Shown one piece after another: positions 31,319-41,287 of a stretch of 64,000 bases of DNA. The translations under genes and the position numbers were made by a program. Source of the DNA: an uncultured Chloroflexia bacterium (GTDB taxonomy: Bacteria > Chloroflexota > Limnocylindria > Limnocylindrales > CSP1-4); contig CAVPPB010000003.1 of the NCBI GenBank assembly GCA_963707215.1, positions 192,001 to 256,000 on the forward strand. The letters are read 5' to 3'. The notes beneath the pieces were generated by a model that was not told the origin of the DNA, ran no database searches, and saw only the letters and a list, made by a program, of their open reading frames with translations. Positions within the stretch are counted from its first letter, which is position 1; every line of letters begins with the position of its first letter.

Positions 31319-31435
31319 GTCGGCGCGGAGTCTAGCACCGGCCCCAAGCCCGGCCGCTCGGACGGAGCGCCGGCATCGTCCTGCCGAGGCCGTTCTCCCC
31401 TCCCCGATGACCCTTCCCGGCCGCGACGGCGGTCG

Positions 31436-31747
31436 TCAGACCTCGCGGATCCGGCGAAGGAACTCCTCGTCGAGGTCGAGGTCGTCCTCCGCTTCCTCGG
31501 CCGCCGGTGCGATCGTGGCGTTCTCGGGGGGACCACCGGCGGCTGACTTCGGGATCTCGAGGAAGCGGATGAACCGATAGGGGAAGAAGAAGGTCGCTGC
31601 CGAGTCGTCGATGAAGACCGGTCGCGTCCCGCTCAGGGTCCGCAGGTTCGTGAGCAGAAGGCCCTGATCCCCGGGCTCGGGCATCCGCAAGAGGTCCGCG
31701 ACGAGCGGCTGTTCGTTGGCGATGTGGATGACGGTGTTCCGGATCAT
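31436..31747 (-). CDS. Small hypothetical protein (103 aa) with acidic C-terminal tail
   Basis: MIRNTVIHIANEQPLVADL...PYRFIRFLEIP...DDLDLDEEFLRRIREV; SD GAGGAG upstream; C/G-ending codon pattern. Confidence 0.75.
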   Translation of the reverse strand: MIRNTVIHIANEQPLVADLLRMPEPGDQGLLLTNLRTLSGTRPVFIDDSAATFFFPYRFIRFLEIPKSAAGGPPENATIAPAAEEAEDDLDLDEEFLRRIREV

Positions 31748-31867
31748 CGGACGGTCGGCTCCTCGGGCGTGGCGCGGTCGTTGACCGCCCCGATCCGCGC
31801 CGGCCGTCCATCGACCGGGCGCACAGTGCCGCGAGGCTAGCACCGCGCCGGGGGGCGGACAACGGGA

Positions 31868-33173
31868 TCATGCGGCCACTCCGGGCCTGGGACCCGGCTT
31901 CTTCCTGGTCGGGTCGACCGACCGCGAGGCCAGGAGGCCGGCGGCGCGGTAGCGACCGATCCCCTGGATCACCAGGCCGGCCATCTCGAGGCGAGCAAGG
32001 GTCGCCAGCACGGTGGCCGGGGGCAGGTCCAGTGCCTGGGCCAACTCGTCGACGGTAGCGTCGCAGCCCGCCAGCCGAGCCGCCACCGCCATCGCGGTCG
32101 GCCCGAGCTCGACCACCTCCGGGGGGCGGGCACTCGCCTGCGAAAGGTCGAGATCGAGGTCGGCCAGGAGCGAGCCGACATCGGCCACGATCCTGGCCAG
32201 CCCGTGGTGCTCACGAAGGAAGTGGAGGTTCCCCGCGGACGCCGCCCCGTCGAGCGGCCCGGGCACGAGGAAGCAGTCGCGGCCCTGTTCGAGGGCCCAG
32301 CCGGCCGTGATGAGCGCGCCGCTGCCGACGCCGGCCTCGACGACGACCGTCGCGTCGGCGAGGCCGCTGATCAGCCGGTTGCGTCGGGGAAAGGACCAGG
32401 TCGCCGGCTCGCGCCACGGCGCGAACTCGGAGACGACGGCACCTCCGCGCTCGACGATCGAGACGGCGAGCCGTCGGTGCAACCGGGGCGTGAGCTCGGC
32501 GTGGCCGCTGCCGAGCACCGCCACGGTACGGCCCGCCTCGTCGAGACAGGCCCGGTGCGCCACGCCATCGATCCCCAGGGCGAGGCCGGACACGATCGTG
32601 GCACCCGCGCGCGCCAGCGCCCCTGCGATGTGGGCCGCCGTCCGCCGCCCTCCCTCGGTAGCGCGGCGCGTGCCCACGATGGCGACGACGGACCCGGCAT
32701 CGAAGGCATCGTGCGCGCCCTGGACGAACAGGACCGGCGGCGGTAGCTCGATCCGTCGCAGCCGCGCCGGATAGGCGACGTCGTCGAGCGTCACGATCGC
32801 GAGCCGGAGATCGGCGATGGCCGCGGCCATCCGGTCCGCCTCGTCGGCAGCCTCGATGACCCGTCGGGCGAGGCCCGGCTCGGAGCCAAGAGGATCCTCG
32901 CTCGCTCTGGAGCTCACCGCGGTCGGTTCCTGAGACGCCCGTCACGCGCTTCCTTGCCGAGCGCTCGGGCCTCGAGCGGCGGGCCCGCGCCGCGTCGACG
33001 ACGGCTGTCGGCCAGCCGTGATGAGCGAGCAGATCGGCCAGCCGTCGGGGTCCGATCCCGTCGGCGACCGCGAGCGCCGCCAGCAGGATCCGCTCGGGCA
33101 TGATCCCCTCGCCGGCCGTTCCTTCTGCTCCGGGCGGGCCTCCGAGGGGTCCAGCGGGCCCGACGCCGACCAT
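31868..33173 (-). CDS. dprA: DNA-processing protein DprA (+1 frameshift at about 32920-32990)
   Basis: N-terminal GIGPRRL segment in one frame; YPARL..PP.LF.G, AIVGTRRAT, VSGLALGIDG.AH, FPRRNRLISGL, VEAG.SGALITA and a C-terminal winged helix in the next; span is 3n+1. Confidence 0.9.
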
Positions 33174-33175
33174 CG

Positions 33176-34717
33176 TCAGCTCACCAGGTCCAGGGCGGGG
33201 CGGATCGTCCGGAAGGCGGCCGCCTCCTCCAGGTGCTCCGTGGCGACACGGTCCGCCGCCGCGAGGTCGGCGATGGTCCGGGCGACCCGGAGCAAGCGCT
33301 CGGTACCGCGAGCCGTGTAGCCCTCGAGCTCTGCGAGCCTGACGGCGAGGGTCGCCCCGGCCGGCGGGAGCTCGCACGCCTCCCGGAGCGCCCGGCCACT
33401 GAGTCGAGCGTTCAGCCGACCCTGTCGCGCGACCTGGACCGCCCGGGCCTGGCGGATCCTCGGCGCCACGGACCCGGAGTCCTCGGGAAGCGTCGGATCC
33501 ACGAGCCGAGCGGGTGACACCCGCGGCAGGTCGACCCGCAGGTCGATGCGGTCCCTCAGCGGACCGGACACCCTGCCCGCGTACCGCCGGATGACCGGCT
33601 CCGGACACCGGCAGACACCCTCCGGACCGCCGTTGCCGCCACATGGGCACGGGTTCATCGCGGCGACCAGCTGGAAGGCCGCCGGCAGGACCGCGGCTCG
33701 GCCGGCGCGGACGATGGCGACGCGCCCGTCCTCGAGGGGCTCTCGGAGGGCCTCGAGGACGCCGCGCCCGAACTCGGGCAGCTCATCGAGGAAGAGGACC
33801 CCGCCGTGCGCAAGGGTCACCTCCCCCGGCGCAAGACGCGGGCCGCCGCCGACCATGCCCGCGTACGAGATGGAGTGATGCGGCGCCCGGAACGGTCGCT
33901 CCCGGACCAGCACTCGCGGACGCAAGCCGGCGACCGACGCGACGACCGTCGCGGTGAGCGCCTCTGTGTCGTCGAGGGGCGGCAGGAGGCTCGGGATCGT
34001 CCGGGCGAGGAGGGTCTTGCCGCAGCCTGGTGGTCCGGTCATCAGCAGCCCATGGCCGCCCGCCAGCGCCACCTCCAGGGCCCGGCGGCCGGCCAGCTGA
34101 CCACGGACCTCCGCGAGATCCACCACGTCCATGGTCGAGATGGAGGCGGTCGGTCCCGACGCCGTCACCGTAGGTACGATGTCCGCTCGAGGCCCCGCCG
34201 ACCGACGCGACGAGCGCCCGCGGATCAGGCGCGCCGCGTCGCCGATGGTCGCGGCAGGCAGGATCTCCACCCCAGGGGCGAGCGATGCCTCGTCGGCGCA
34301 GCCTTCGGGCACGATGACGCGACCAGCACCTCGCCGGGCAAGCTCGAGCACCATGGGCAGGATCCCCGGCACCTCGCGCACCTCACCCCCGAGGGCGAGC
34401 TCGCCGAGGCAGGCGCAGCGGTGGCGGGCGACGAGCTGCTCGGAGCCGACCAGGATCCCGACCGCGATCGCAAGGTCGACGGCCGAGCCACCCTTGGGGA
34501 GGTCAGCCGGCGCCAGGTTGACCGTGATCCGGCGTGGCGGGTACTCGAAGCCGGCGTTGCGGATGGCTCCCCGGACCCGTTCCTTCGCCTCCTGGAGGGC
34601 TGCATCAGGGAGACCGACCAGGCTGAACCCGGGCAGGCCCCGGGCGACATCGACCTCCACCCGAACCGCTCGACCCTGGAGGCCGTCGAGCGTGGCCGAG
34701 AGCAGGGACGCAAGCAT
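33176..34717 (-). CDS. comM: YifB/ComM Mg-chelatase-like AAA+ ATPase
   Basis: VGLPDAAL.E..ERVR, ITVNLAPADLPK, GPPGCGKT, PFRAPHHS, GEVTLAHGGVLFLDE, AMNPCPCG, LRVARTIADL. Confidence 0.93.
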   Translation of the reverse strand: MLASLLSATLDGLQGRAVRVEVDVARGLPGFSLVGLPDAALQEAKERVRGAIRNAGFEYPPRRITVNLAPADLPKGGSAVDLAIAVGILVGSEQLVARHRCACLGELALGGEVREVPGILPMVLELARRGAGRVIVPEGCADEASLAPGVEILPAATIGDAARLIRGRSSRRSAGPRADIVPTVTASGPTASISTMDVVDLAEVRGQLAGRRALEVALAGGHGLLMTGPPGCGKTLLARTIPSLLPPLDDTEALTATVVASVAGLRPRVLVRERPFRAPHHSISYAGMVGGGPRLAPGEVTLAHGGVLFLDELPEFGRGVLEALREPLEDGRVAIVRAGRAAVLPAAFQLVAAMNPCPCGGNGGPEGVCRCPEPVIRRYAGRVSGPLRDRIDLRVDLPRVSPARLVDPTLPEDSGSVAPRIRQARAVQVARQGRLNARLSGRALREACELPPAGATLAVRLAELEGYTARGTERLLRVARTIADLAAADRVATEHLEEAAAFRTIRPALDLVS

Positions 34718-34816
34718 GGCCGGCAGCCTACGCGCGGCCGGTCAACGCTGCCTTAGGTCCGCCTTCACCGCCGATCGCGCCGCGCCGGTGGCTCGATCGC
34801 CCCGGCCGGCCGGACG

Positions 34817-35986
34817 TCAGCCTCGGGCGCCGGCTGTCGCAGCCGCAGCCTGGGCCGGCTGCTTGTCGAGACCGCGGGCGAACTCGAGGATCGATCGCCC
34901 GATGATGGAGTCGGGCTTGGCGACCATGAAGGGAGAGCCCGAGTTGAGGGCGCTGATGGCCCCCCGGTACTCGTTCACCACCTGGAAGTCGATCGGTCGC
35001 CGGAGGGCGCTCTCGGCGTTCTTCACGTTGATCCCGGTGAAGGCGTTCGAGCGGTTGAGGACGAGCTGTACCCTGGACCCCTCCCAGCCGAGATGGCCGA
35101 CCGTCTCGAGGACCAGGCGGACGTTCTTGAGGCACGAGAGATCGGCGGTCATGACGACCTCGACCCGGTCGGCCTCCTCGAGGATGTGGAGGTTGAGGTC
35201 GTCGAGGCGCTGGTCGATGTCGACGATGACGTAGTCGTACAGGCCGCGGAGCAGCTCGAGAGCGTTGGCCATCCGCTCGGGCGTGACGAGCTCGGCGGTC
35301 TCCGGGGACGGCGGAGCAAGGAGAAGGTCGATCCCCGACTCGTGCCGGACGACGACGTTGCGCAGGAGGTCCTGATCCATCGTCGGGGCCGAAACGGCGT
35401 CGACGATCGACTTCTTGTCGAGCCCCAGGTCGAGGAACACGCGATGGTCGCCGAACTGGAGGCAGCCGTCGACCAGGACCACCCGGCGGCCGAGCTCGCG
35501 GTGGAGGCCGATGGCCGTGTTGATCGCGAGGGTCGTGGTCCCCACCCCGCCCTTGGCCCCGTAGAAGGCCAGGACGCGACCCATCGGCGGCGCGCCGACC
35601 AGGGACTCCTGGGGGGCGAAGCGGGCCAGCAGGCTCTTGATCCGAGCGATCAGCTCGGCCGGATGGAAGGGCTTGACCAGGTAGTCGTCGGCGCCGGCCC
35701 GGAGGCCTCGGACCTTCTGCTCGACGTCACGCTCGGCGGTGAGCATGATGATCGGAACGTGGGCCCCCGGGCCTTCCTGGGTCCGGAGTTTCGTAGCGAC
35801 CTGGTAGCCGTCGAGCTTCGGCAGCGTGACGTCGAGGAGGATGCAAGCCGGCTGTTCGGTCTCCCAGAGGCGCAGCGCCTCAGCCCCATCGGCCGCGATG
35901 ACGACTTCGTAGCCCTCCTGCTCCAGCGTGTAGCGGAGCATGCGCTGGACGTTCTGGTCGTCGTCGGCGACGAGGATCCTGGCCAT
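34817..35986 (-). CDS. Receiver domain plus CpaE/TadZ-like MinD-family ATPase
   Basis: REC domain (VADDD, LLDVTLP, KPF) followed by deviant Walker A GAKGGVGTTT, LVDGCLQFGD, YDYVIVD and LVLNR. Confidence 0.85.
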   Translation of the reverse strand: MARILVADDDQNVQRMLRYTLEQEGYEVVIAADGAEALRLWETEQPACILLDVTLPKLDGYQVATKLRTQEGPGAHVPIIMLTAERDVEQKVRGLRAGADDYLVKPFHPAELIARIKSLLARFAPQESLVGAPPMGRVLAFYGAKGGVGTTTLAINTAIGLHRELGRRVVLVDGCLQFGDHRVFLDLGLDKKSIVDAVSAPTMDQDLLRNVVVRHESGIDLLLAPPSPETAELVTPERMANALELLRGLYDYVIVDIDQRLDDLNLHILEEADRVEVVMTADLSCLKNVRLVLETVGHLGWEGSRVQLVLNRSNAFTGINVKNAESALRRPIDFQVVNEYRGAISALNSGSPFMVAKPDSIIGRSILEFARGLDKQPAQAAAATAGARG

Positions 35987-36055
35987 GGTGCCCCCGGCTG
36001 CGGATGGAAGTCCGGACTCGCCACCCGTACACCCCGGTGCGGAGCGGCAACGGGA

Positions 36056-37159
36056 TTATAGGCCGACACCCCTCCCGGTCCGGTCATCCCCCGGTGGTCC
36101 CGCCGGACGGGGGGACCCCGGGGGGCCCCGGGATCTCGGGCGGGCCCGCCCGGCTCTCGTCCGGCCTCGAACGCGGTCCGCAGGAATGCCTCGACCATCC
36201 GCTCGTACGACACCGGGTCGGCCGCATGGGCGCGGCTGTGGTCGGCACCCGGAACGACCCGGTGTTCGGACCCCTGGGCCGCCGACCGCTGCCAGCCGTC
36301 GTCCCGCCACCAGCGGGATCGTCCGGTCGGCATCGCCGTGGATGAGGAGCACCGGCAGGTCCTCGAGCAGGGGCAGCGCGCGGATCGGCTCGAGCAAGCG
36401 GGGGTCCTCGCCGACCTCCCGGGCGACGGCGTCGAGGATCCGATCGGCGAGGGGCCCACCGGCCGGACCCGGCAACCGGCTGGCGACGACCACTCGCAGT
36501 TCCGGAGCGACGGCCTCGGCGACGACCCCGACGATCCGCGGCCGCGGGGCCTCCTCGACGGTGGCCGGAGCGTCAGGCAGCGCGTCGGCCGCCACCAGGC
36601 CGCCGTCGCCCAGCACGGCCGTCGCGGCGATGGCCGCGATGCCGCCCATCGAGGTCCCGAACAGGGCCACACGCCGGATCCCACGCTCTCCGAGCCAGGC
36701 GATCGCTCCGGCGACATCCTCGGTCTCGCGGAGCCCGAAGGTCGTCGGGGCCCCGTCGGATCCCCCGTGACCGCCGAAGTCGAGCCCCAGGACCCCCGCG
36801 GTGCGCCGGAGGAACGGCCCGAACTCCACGAGATCCGGGGCGACCGAGCCGCTGTAGCCGTGCAACAGCAGGATCGCCTCGCGAGGATCCGCCGTCCATG
36901 CAACCGCGCCGTCCCCGACCGTGGCCGCAGTCGTGTCGACGGAGAGCCATCGGGCGGTCAGTCGGACGCCATCGCGCGAGCGCAGCCTGACGACCTCACC
37001 GCCGAGCGCGTCGAGCGCCGGCCCCAGGGCGCCCTCGTCCGGCAGCGTCCTCGGGGCGCGCAGGACGCGCCGGGCCCCGCGGTGGGCGACCCGACCGACG
37101 GCCAGGGAGGCGACCGCGAGCGCCGCGACCCCGCCGGCGGCGAGCGCTCGCCGGATCAC
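36056..37159 (-). CDS. Alpha/beta hydrolase (frameshift at about 36270; 3' end uncertain)
   Basis: GTG ATC CGG start with signal-like helix; LLHGY, DFGGHGGSDG, GTSMGG, IHGDADRTIP. The catalytic-His segment VPGADHS appears in the neighbouring frame. Confidence 0.75.
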   Translation of the reverse strand: MIRRALAAGGVAALAVASLAVGRVAHRGARRVLRAPRTLPDEGALGPALDALGGEVVRLRSRDGVRLTARWLSVDTTAATVGDGAVAWTADPREAILLLHGYSGSVAPDLVEFGPFLRRTAGVLGLDFGGHGGSDGAPTTFGLRETEDVAGAIAWLGERGIRRVALFGTSMGGIAAIAATAVLGDGGLVAADALPDAPATVEEAPRPRIVGVVAEAVAPELRVVVASRLPGPAGGPLADRILDAVAREVGEDPRLLEPIRALPLLEDLPVLLIHGDADRTIPLVAGRRLAAVGGPGVRTPGRSGCRPQPRPCGRPGVVRADGRGIPADRVRGRTRAGRARPRSRGPPGSPRPAGPPGDDRTGRGVGL

Positions 37160-37172
37160 CGACGGCGCCCGG

Positions 37173-38128
37173 TCAGCCCTGGTTCTCCGGGGCGTCGGCA
37201 GCGCGCTGCGCCCGTAGTCGACCTCGGGGCCCGAGGCGCCAGCCGGGCCGGTGTTCATGCCGCCCTCGGCGTAACGGGCCAGTGGCTCGAGGAGGCGGGT
37301 GAATTCGACCGGGATGACGTACGTGGTCGATGGGCTGGTGCCGATGGTCTTGAGCGCCTCCATGTACTGGAGGGCCATGGTCTTCTGGTCGACGCCCTTG
37401 GCCGCGCTGAAGATCCGCTCCAGGGCCTCGCTGAAGCCCTCGGCCCGGAGGATGGCCGCCTGGCGATCGCCCTCGGCCTTCAGGATCTCCGACTGCTTCT
37501 GGCCCTCGGCGACGTTGATCGCCGACTGGCGCTGGCCCTCGGACTCGGTGATGACGGCCCGCCGGGTCCGCTCGGCGGAGAGCTGGCGGTTCATGGCGTC
37601 CTGGACGTCCCGCGGCGGGGTGATCTCGCGGATCTCGACCGTCGTGATCTTGCCGCCCCAGCGCTCGGTCACCTCGTCGAGCTTGGTCCGAAGGATCTCG
37701 TTGATCTGCTCGCGGCGCGAGAGGACTTCGTCGAGGAGGATGTCGCCGACGACGGCCCGCAGGGTCGTCGTCGCCACGCCCACCAGGGCCCCGGCGAAGT
37801 TGGCGACGTTCACCTGGCTCCTGAGCGGGTCGACGATCTTCCAGTAGATGAGGAAGTCGATGCTGATCGGCGCGTTGTCGCGGGTGATGTTCGTCTGGCT
37901 GGGGACCTCGATGAACTGCTCCCGCAGGTCGACCTTGACCGGTCGATCGACGATCGGGATCAGGAACCGGATGCCCGGGTCACGGACGTAGCGCTCGTTG
38001 GTCCGACCCAGCCGGAAGACGACCATCTTCTCGTACTGCTGCACGATCCGGACCGACAGGTAGAGGATGAACAGGACGATGGCGAGGAAGACGGCCCCGC
38101 CGACCAGGATGGCGATCAGGCTCTCCAC
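37173..38128 (-). CDS. SPFH/band-7 (slipin) protein (probable indel just before its stop)
   Basis: N-terminal TM helix; VQQYEKMVVFRLG, ITRDN, TTLRAVVG, AERTRRA, AEG repeats. An off-frame TGA at 37173-37175 precedes the hydrolase GTG. Confidence 0.88.
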
Positions 38129-38137
38129 GGATGCCTC

Positions 38138-39508
38138 CTATGCGTTGGCTGTCGATGGGTCGGGCTCGACGATCGCCGTCAGCCCGTCGAATCTCACGAC
38201 GCGGACCGGGGTCCCGCGTTCCAGGCGCCGCTCGTCCTCGGTCCGCGCCGTCCACTCCTCGCCGGCCAGGTAGACGCTGCCGATCGGGGCCAGCGGGCTA
38301 CGGACCTCGCCGACGCTGCCCGCCGTCGGCGACGTCCCGACGGTCCCGGGAGACGGCCGCATCCGGCGGCTGCGGTAGGCCGCCACGGCGACCAGGAGCA
38401 TCAGGGCCCCGACGGTGACCAACACAGCGACGATGACCGGGAAGGCGACCGTCACGTCCGGGGCGGTGGGTGTCCCTGGGTCGGTATAGAGCGCCGAAGC
38501 GCCCAGCGCGAGGCAGACGAGCCCGCCCACCGACAGCAACCCGTAGCTTGCCACCAGCGGTTCCAGCGCGAGCAGCAGGATGCCGAGTCCGAGGAGCAGG
38601 AGCCCGGCGACGTTGAGGGGCAGGCTGCCGAATCCGATGAAGGCCAGGATGATCGCAAGGGCGCCAAGGATGCCGGTCACGAAATTCGGGCTCTGGAGCT
38701 CGAACAGCAGCCCGTAGAAGCCGATCGTGAAGAGGATGAAGGCGATGTTCGGGTCGGACAGGAGGTGGAGCAGCGACTGGAACGGGTTCATCGCCAGGTC
38801 GTAGAAGGGATCGTCGGCGATGGCGAGGGTGATCGACTCCCCGCCTACCTCGACGACCTCTCCGTCGGCTGCGGCCCGGACCGCCTCGAGGTCGGCGGCG
38901 ATCGCATCGACGATGCCGAGCTCGACGGCCTGGTTGGCCGGGTACGAGGCCGCTTCCTTGACGGTCGCCACGGCCGCCTCGACGTCGCGCCCCCGGGCCT
39001 CGGCGATGGCGGTGATGCTGGCGATGGCGTCGTTCATGACCTTGTCGCCCAGCGTGCCCTCGATGTCCTCTCCTCCGGAGCCGACCGGCGAAGCGGCGCC
39101 GATGTTCGTCCCGGGAGCCATGTAGGCGAGATTCGCGGAGAGCGTGATGAACGTCCCGGCGCTGGCCGCCTTGGCGCCGGGCGGGCCGACCCAGACGATG
39201 ACCGGCAGCGGCGGGTCGAGGAGCGAGCCGACGATCTCCTGGGTCGAAGCGAGGCTCCCGCCCGGGGTGTCGAGCTGGATGATCGCCGCCGACGCGCCGT
39301 CGGAGGCCGCCCGCTGGAGCCCCGACTCGATGTAGCCGGCCATGACGTTGTCGACGATGCCTGAGGTCGGCAGCACGTAGATCGTGCCGGGGCCGCCCTC
39401 GGAGGTGCCGTCCTGAGCGGCGACCGACAGGGGCTCACCACCTACCAGGAGAGCGGCACCGGCGACGAGCGCCAGGACGAGGAGCGAACGGCGGATGGCT
39501 CGCGACAT
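38138..39508 (-). CDS. nfeD: NfeD family membrane-bound serine protease (long form)
   Basis: Signal peptide; LDTPGG, AASAG, MAPGTNIGAASP, TM block, C-terminal OB fold (G.V..AGEEWTA); directly upstream of the SPFH gene. Confidence 0.88.
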   Translation of the reverse strand: MSRAIRRSLLVLALVAGAALLVGGEPLSVAAQDGTSEGGPGTIYVLPTSGIVDNVMAGYIESGLQRAASDGASAAIIQLDTPGGSLASTQEIVGSLLDPPLPVIVWVGPPGAKAASAGTFITLSANLAYMAPGTNIGAASPVGSGGEDIEGTLGDKVMNDAIASITAIAEARGRDVEAAVATVKEAASYPANQAVELGIVDAIAADLEAVRAAADGEVVEVGGESITLAIADDPFYDLAMNPFQSLLHLLSDPNIAFILFTIGFYGLLFELQSPNFVTGILGALAIILAFIGFGSLPLNVAGLLLLGLGILLLALEPLVASYGLLSVGGLVCLALGASALYTDPGTPTAPDVTVAFPVIVAVLVTVGALMLLVAVAAYRSRRMRPSPGTVGTSPTAGSVGEVRSPLAPIGSVYLAGEEWTARTEDERRLERGTPVRVVRFDGLTAIVEPDPSTANA

Positions 39509-39528
39509 GGACCGGACCTCCGGCCAGA

Positions 39529-40116
39529 TCATCCCATACCCGGACCGAGGATCGCCCCTGCCAAGAGTCGACTCCACGACTCCAGGTCATCCCGGACGGC
39601 GCGGACGGTCGCCGGCTCGACGAACTCGCCCCTGAGCTTGTTGGTCTCGCGGACGGCGACCGGACGCCCCTCCGCCCGCGCCTCGAAGACCACCCCGAGG
39701 TGGACCGATCCGACGTCCGTGGTGTCGTCGTTGAGCAGACCCAGGAAACGGAACGGCGGCTCGAAGTCAGCGACGATCTCCTCGCGCCACTCGCGCCGCA
39801 GCCCGCCCAACACGTCGTCGTCGCCCGGATTGATGTGGCCACCGATGCCGATCGACCAGTGGTCGTGCAGCCGGGCGTCGGCTCCGGCCCGGGTCCGCCG
39901 CATCAGGAAGACCCGTTCGGCGTCCCGCAGGACGAGATACGGGATGATCTGCTTGAAGGCCGGATCGCCCTCCATCGCAGCCCGGGGCTCGAAGCGGGCG
40001 TCCGCCGCGATCGTCGCCAGCATCGCGTCCACGCCCTCGGTCCGCAGGCCATACCAGCCCGGATCGTCCATGACCGCGCGACGGGGTACCACCAGGACCA
40101 GCTCCGCGCCGCTCAC
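39529..40116 (-). CDS. NUDIX-family predicted phosphoesterase
   Basis: E.DP..KQIIPY, SIGIGGHINP, Nudix-like box GLRREWREEI, VGSVHLG, LESWS. Confidence 0.8.
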   Translation of the reverse strand: MSGAELVLVVPRRAVMDDPGWYGLRTEGVDAMLATIAADARFEPRAAMEGDPAFKQIIPYLVLRDAERVFLMRRTRAGADARLHDHWSIGIGGHINPGDDDVLGGLRREWREEIVADFEPPFRFLGLLNDDTTDVGSVHLGVVFEARAEGRPVAVRETNKLRGEFVEPATVRAVRDDLESWSRLLAGAILGPGMG

Positions 40117-41013
40117 GGGCCCTCGGGGGTCGCCAACCGCTCGCGGGCGGCTCGCAGGCGTTTGCGGAGACGCTCGGGGTCCGGCCCGCCGGGCGCCTCG
40201 AGGTCCGTCAGCCATCCATCGATGACCGCCCGGAGCGCGCGGAGCCGCGCCGCCGTCTCCGTGGCGTTGGTGGCCAGGATGCCGGCGCCCATCTCGACGT
40301 CGCCGAGGGCAAGCCGGGTCATGCTCGACCAGCCCCCGGCAGCGAGGTCCCGGGCCTCGGGCCAGCTCTCGCGGTCCGGGTCGTCGGGCCCGCCGACGAC
40401 GGCCTCCACCAGCGCGACCGCGACTGCGAGCGGCAGGTGGCTGACGGCGGCGACAGAACGGTCGTGGTCGGCCGGCGCCATCCGCACGGGTCGGGCACCG
40501 ACCGATGTCGCGAGCCACTCGGCCCGTTCGATGTCGAGCGGCCCGGCGCTCGCCCCGGGCACGACGACCCACGGCCGGCCGGCGAAGAGCTCACCGTCGG
40601 CAGCGCCGTAGCCGGCGACCTCGCGGCCCGCCATCGGATGGCCGCCCACGTACCGGAGCCCCAGCCGATCGGCCCGCTCGGCCAGGCGGGCCTTGGTGGA
40701 GGCGACGTCGGTGATCGTGGCATCCCGCGCCGACGCTCGCGTCGCTCGATCGAGCGTGGGCGAGCGCGTCCATGAGATCGAGGCAGGCGAGCGGCGGGGC
40801 AGCGAGCACGATGAGCTCGGCCTTCGACCAGGCGTCGGCGGGGTCGTCGAGGATCCCCGAGAGCACACCTTCGCCGAGGGCAGCGGACGGGCCACGACCG
40901 CCCGGGCTCCAGGCCGCCACCTCCGGGCGCCGCTCGAGCGGCAGGCCGGCCAGGGCCCGAGCGAGGGAGCCCCCGATCAGGCCGAAGCCGAGGATGGCGA
41001 CCCGTGGTCTCAC
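40113..41013 (-). CDS. tyrA: Prephenate/arogenate dehydrogenase (+1 frameshift at about 40725-40765)
   Basis: ILGFGLIGGSLA in one frame; TDVASTK, GGHPMAGRE, HDRSVAAVSHLP and GGWSSMTRLA in the next; span is 3n+1. Confidence 0.87.
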
Positions 41014-41023
41014 TCGCCCAGGC

Positions 41024-41284
41024 TCAGCTCGACCGTCCGCCGTCGGGGCCGCGACGGCGCTGGCCCCTTCGGCGATCGGCTACCCGCCGCTCGATACCGT
41101 TCGGCGGGCCCGGCTGATCCGGCGGGTTCCTGCGGCGGTCCCCCTGGCGACGGTCCGTCTCGCGCCGCTCCCGACTGAGGTTCGCACCGCAGCGTGGGCA
41201 CCGGCGCTCCTCCGCGAACAGCGCCTCGATGGGCGCGGTCGTGTAGATCTGCCGACCGCACGACCAGCAGGCGAGGCGCGGCAT
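41024..41284 (-). CDS. Small Zn-ribbon protein with tandem [DE]RR arginine motifs
   Basis: CWSC...CPRC, then ERRETDRRQGDRRR and ERRVADRRRGQRRR; ATG 3 nt after the trpB2 stop. Confidence 0.72.
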   Translation of the reverse strand: MPRLACWSCGRQIYTTAPIEALFAEERRCPRCGANLSRERRETDRRQGDRRRNPPDQPGPPNGIERRVADRRRGQRRRGPDGGRSS

Positions 41285-41287
41285 CGC

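Noticed and set aside
36105-36152. G/C-run palindromic stretch
   Set aside because: Low-complexity GC sequence at the uncertain hydrolase 3' end, prone to indel errors; no supportable function.
36056-38128. 690-aa SPFH-hydrolase fusion
   Set aside because: A near-frame stop (37173-37175) sits just before a plausible GTG start with a signal-like helix, and the hydrolase has another indel. Most likely an assembly error.
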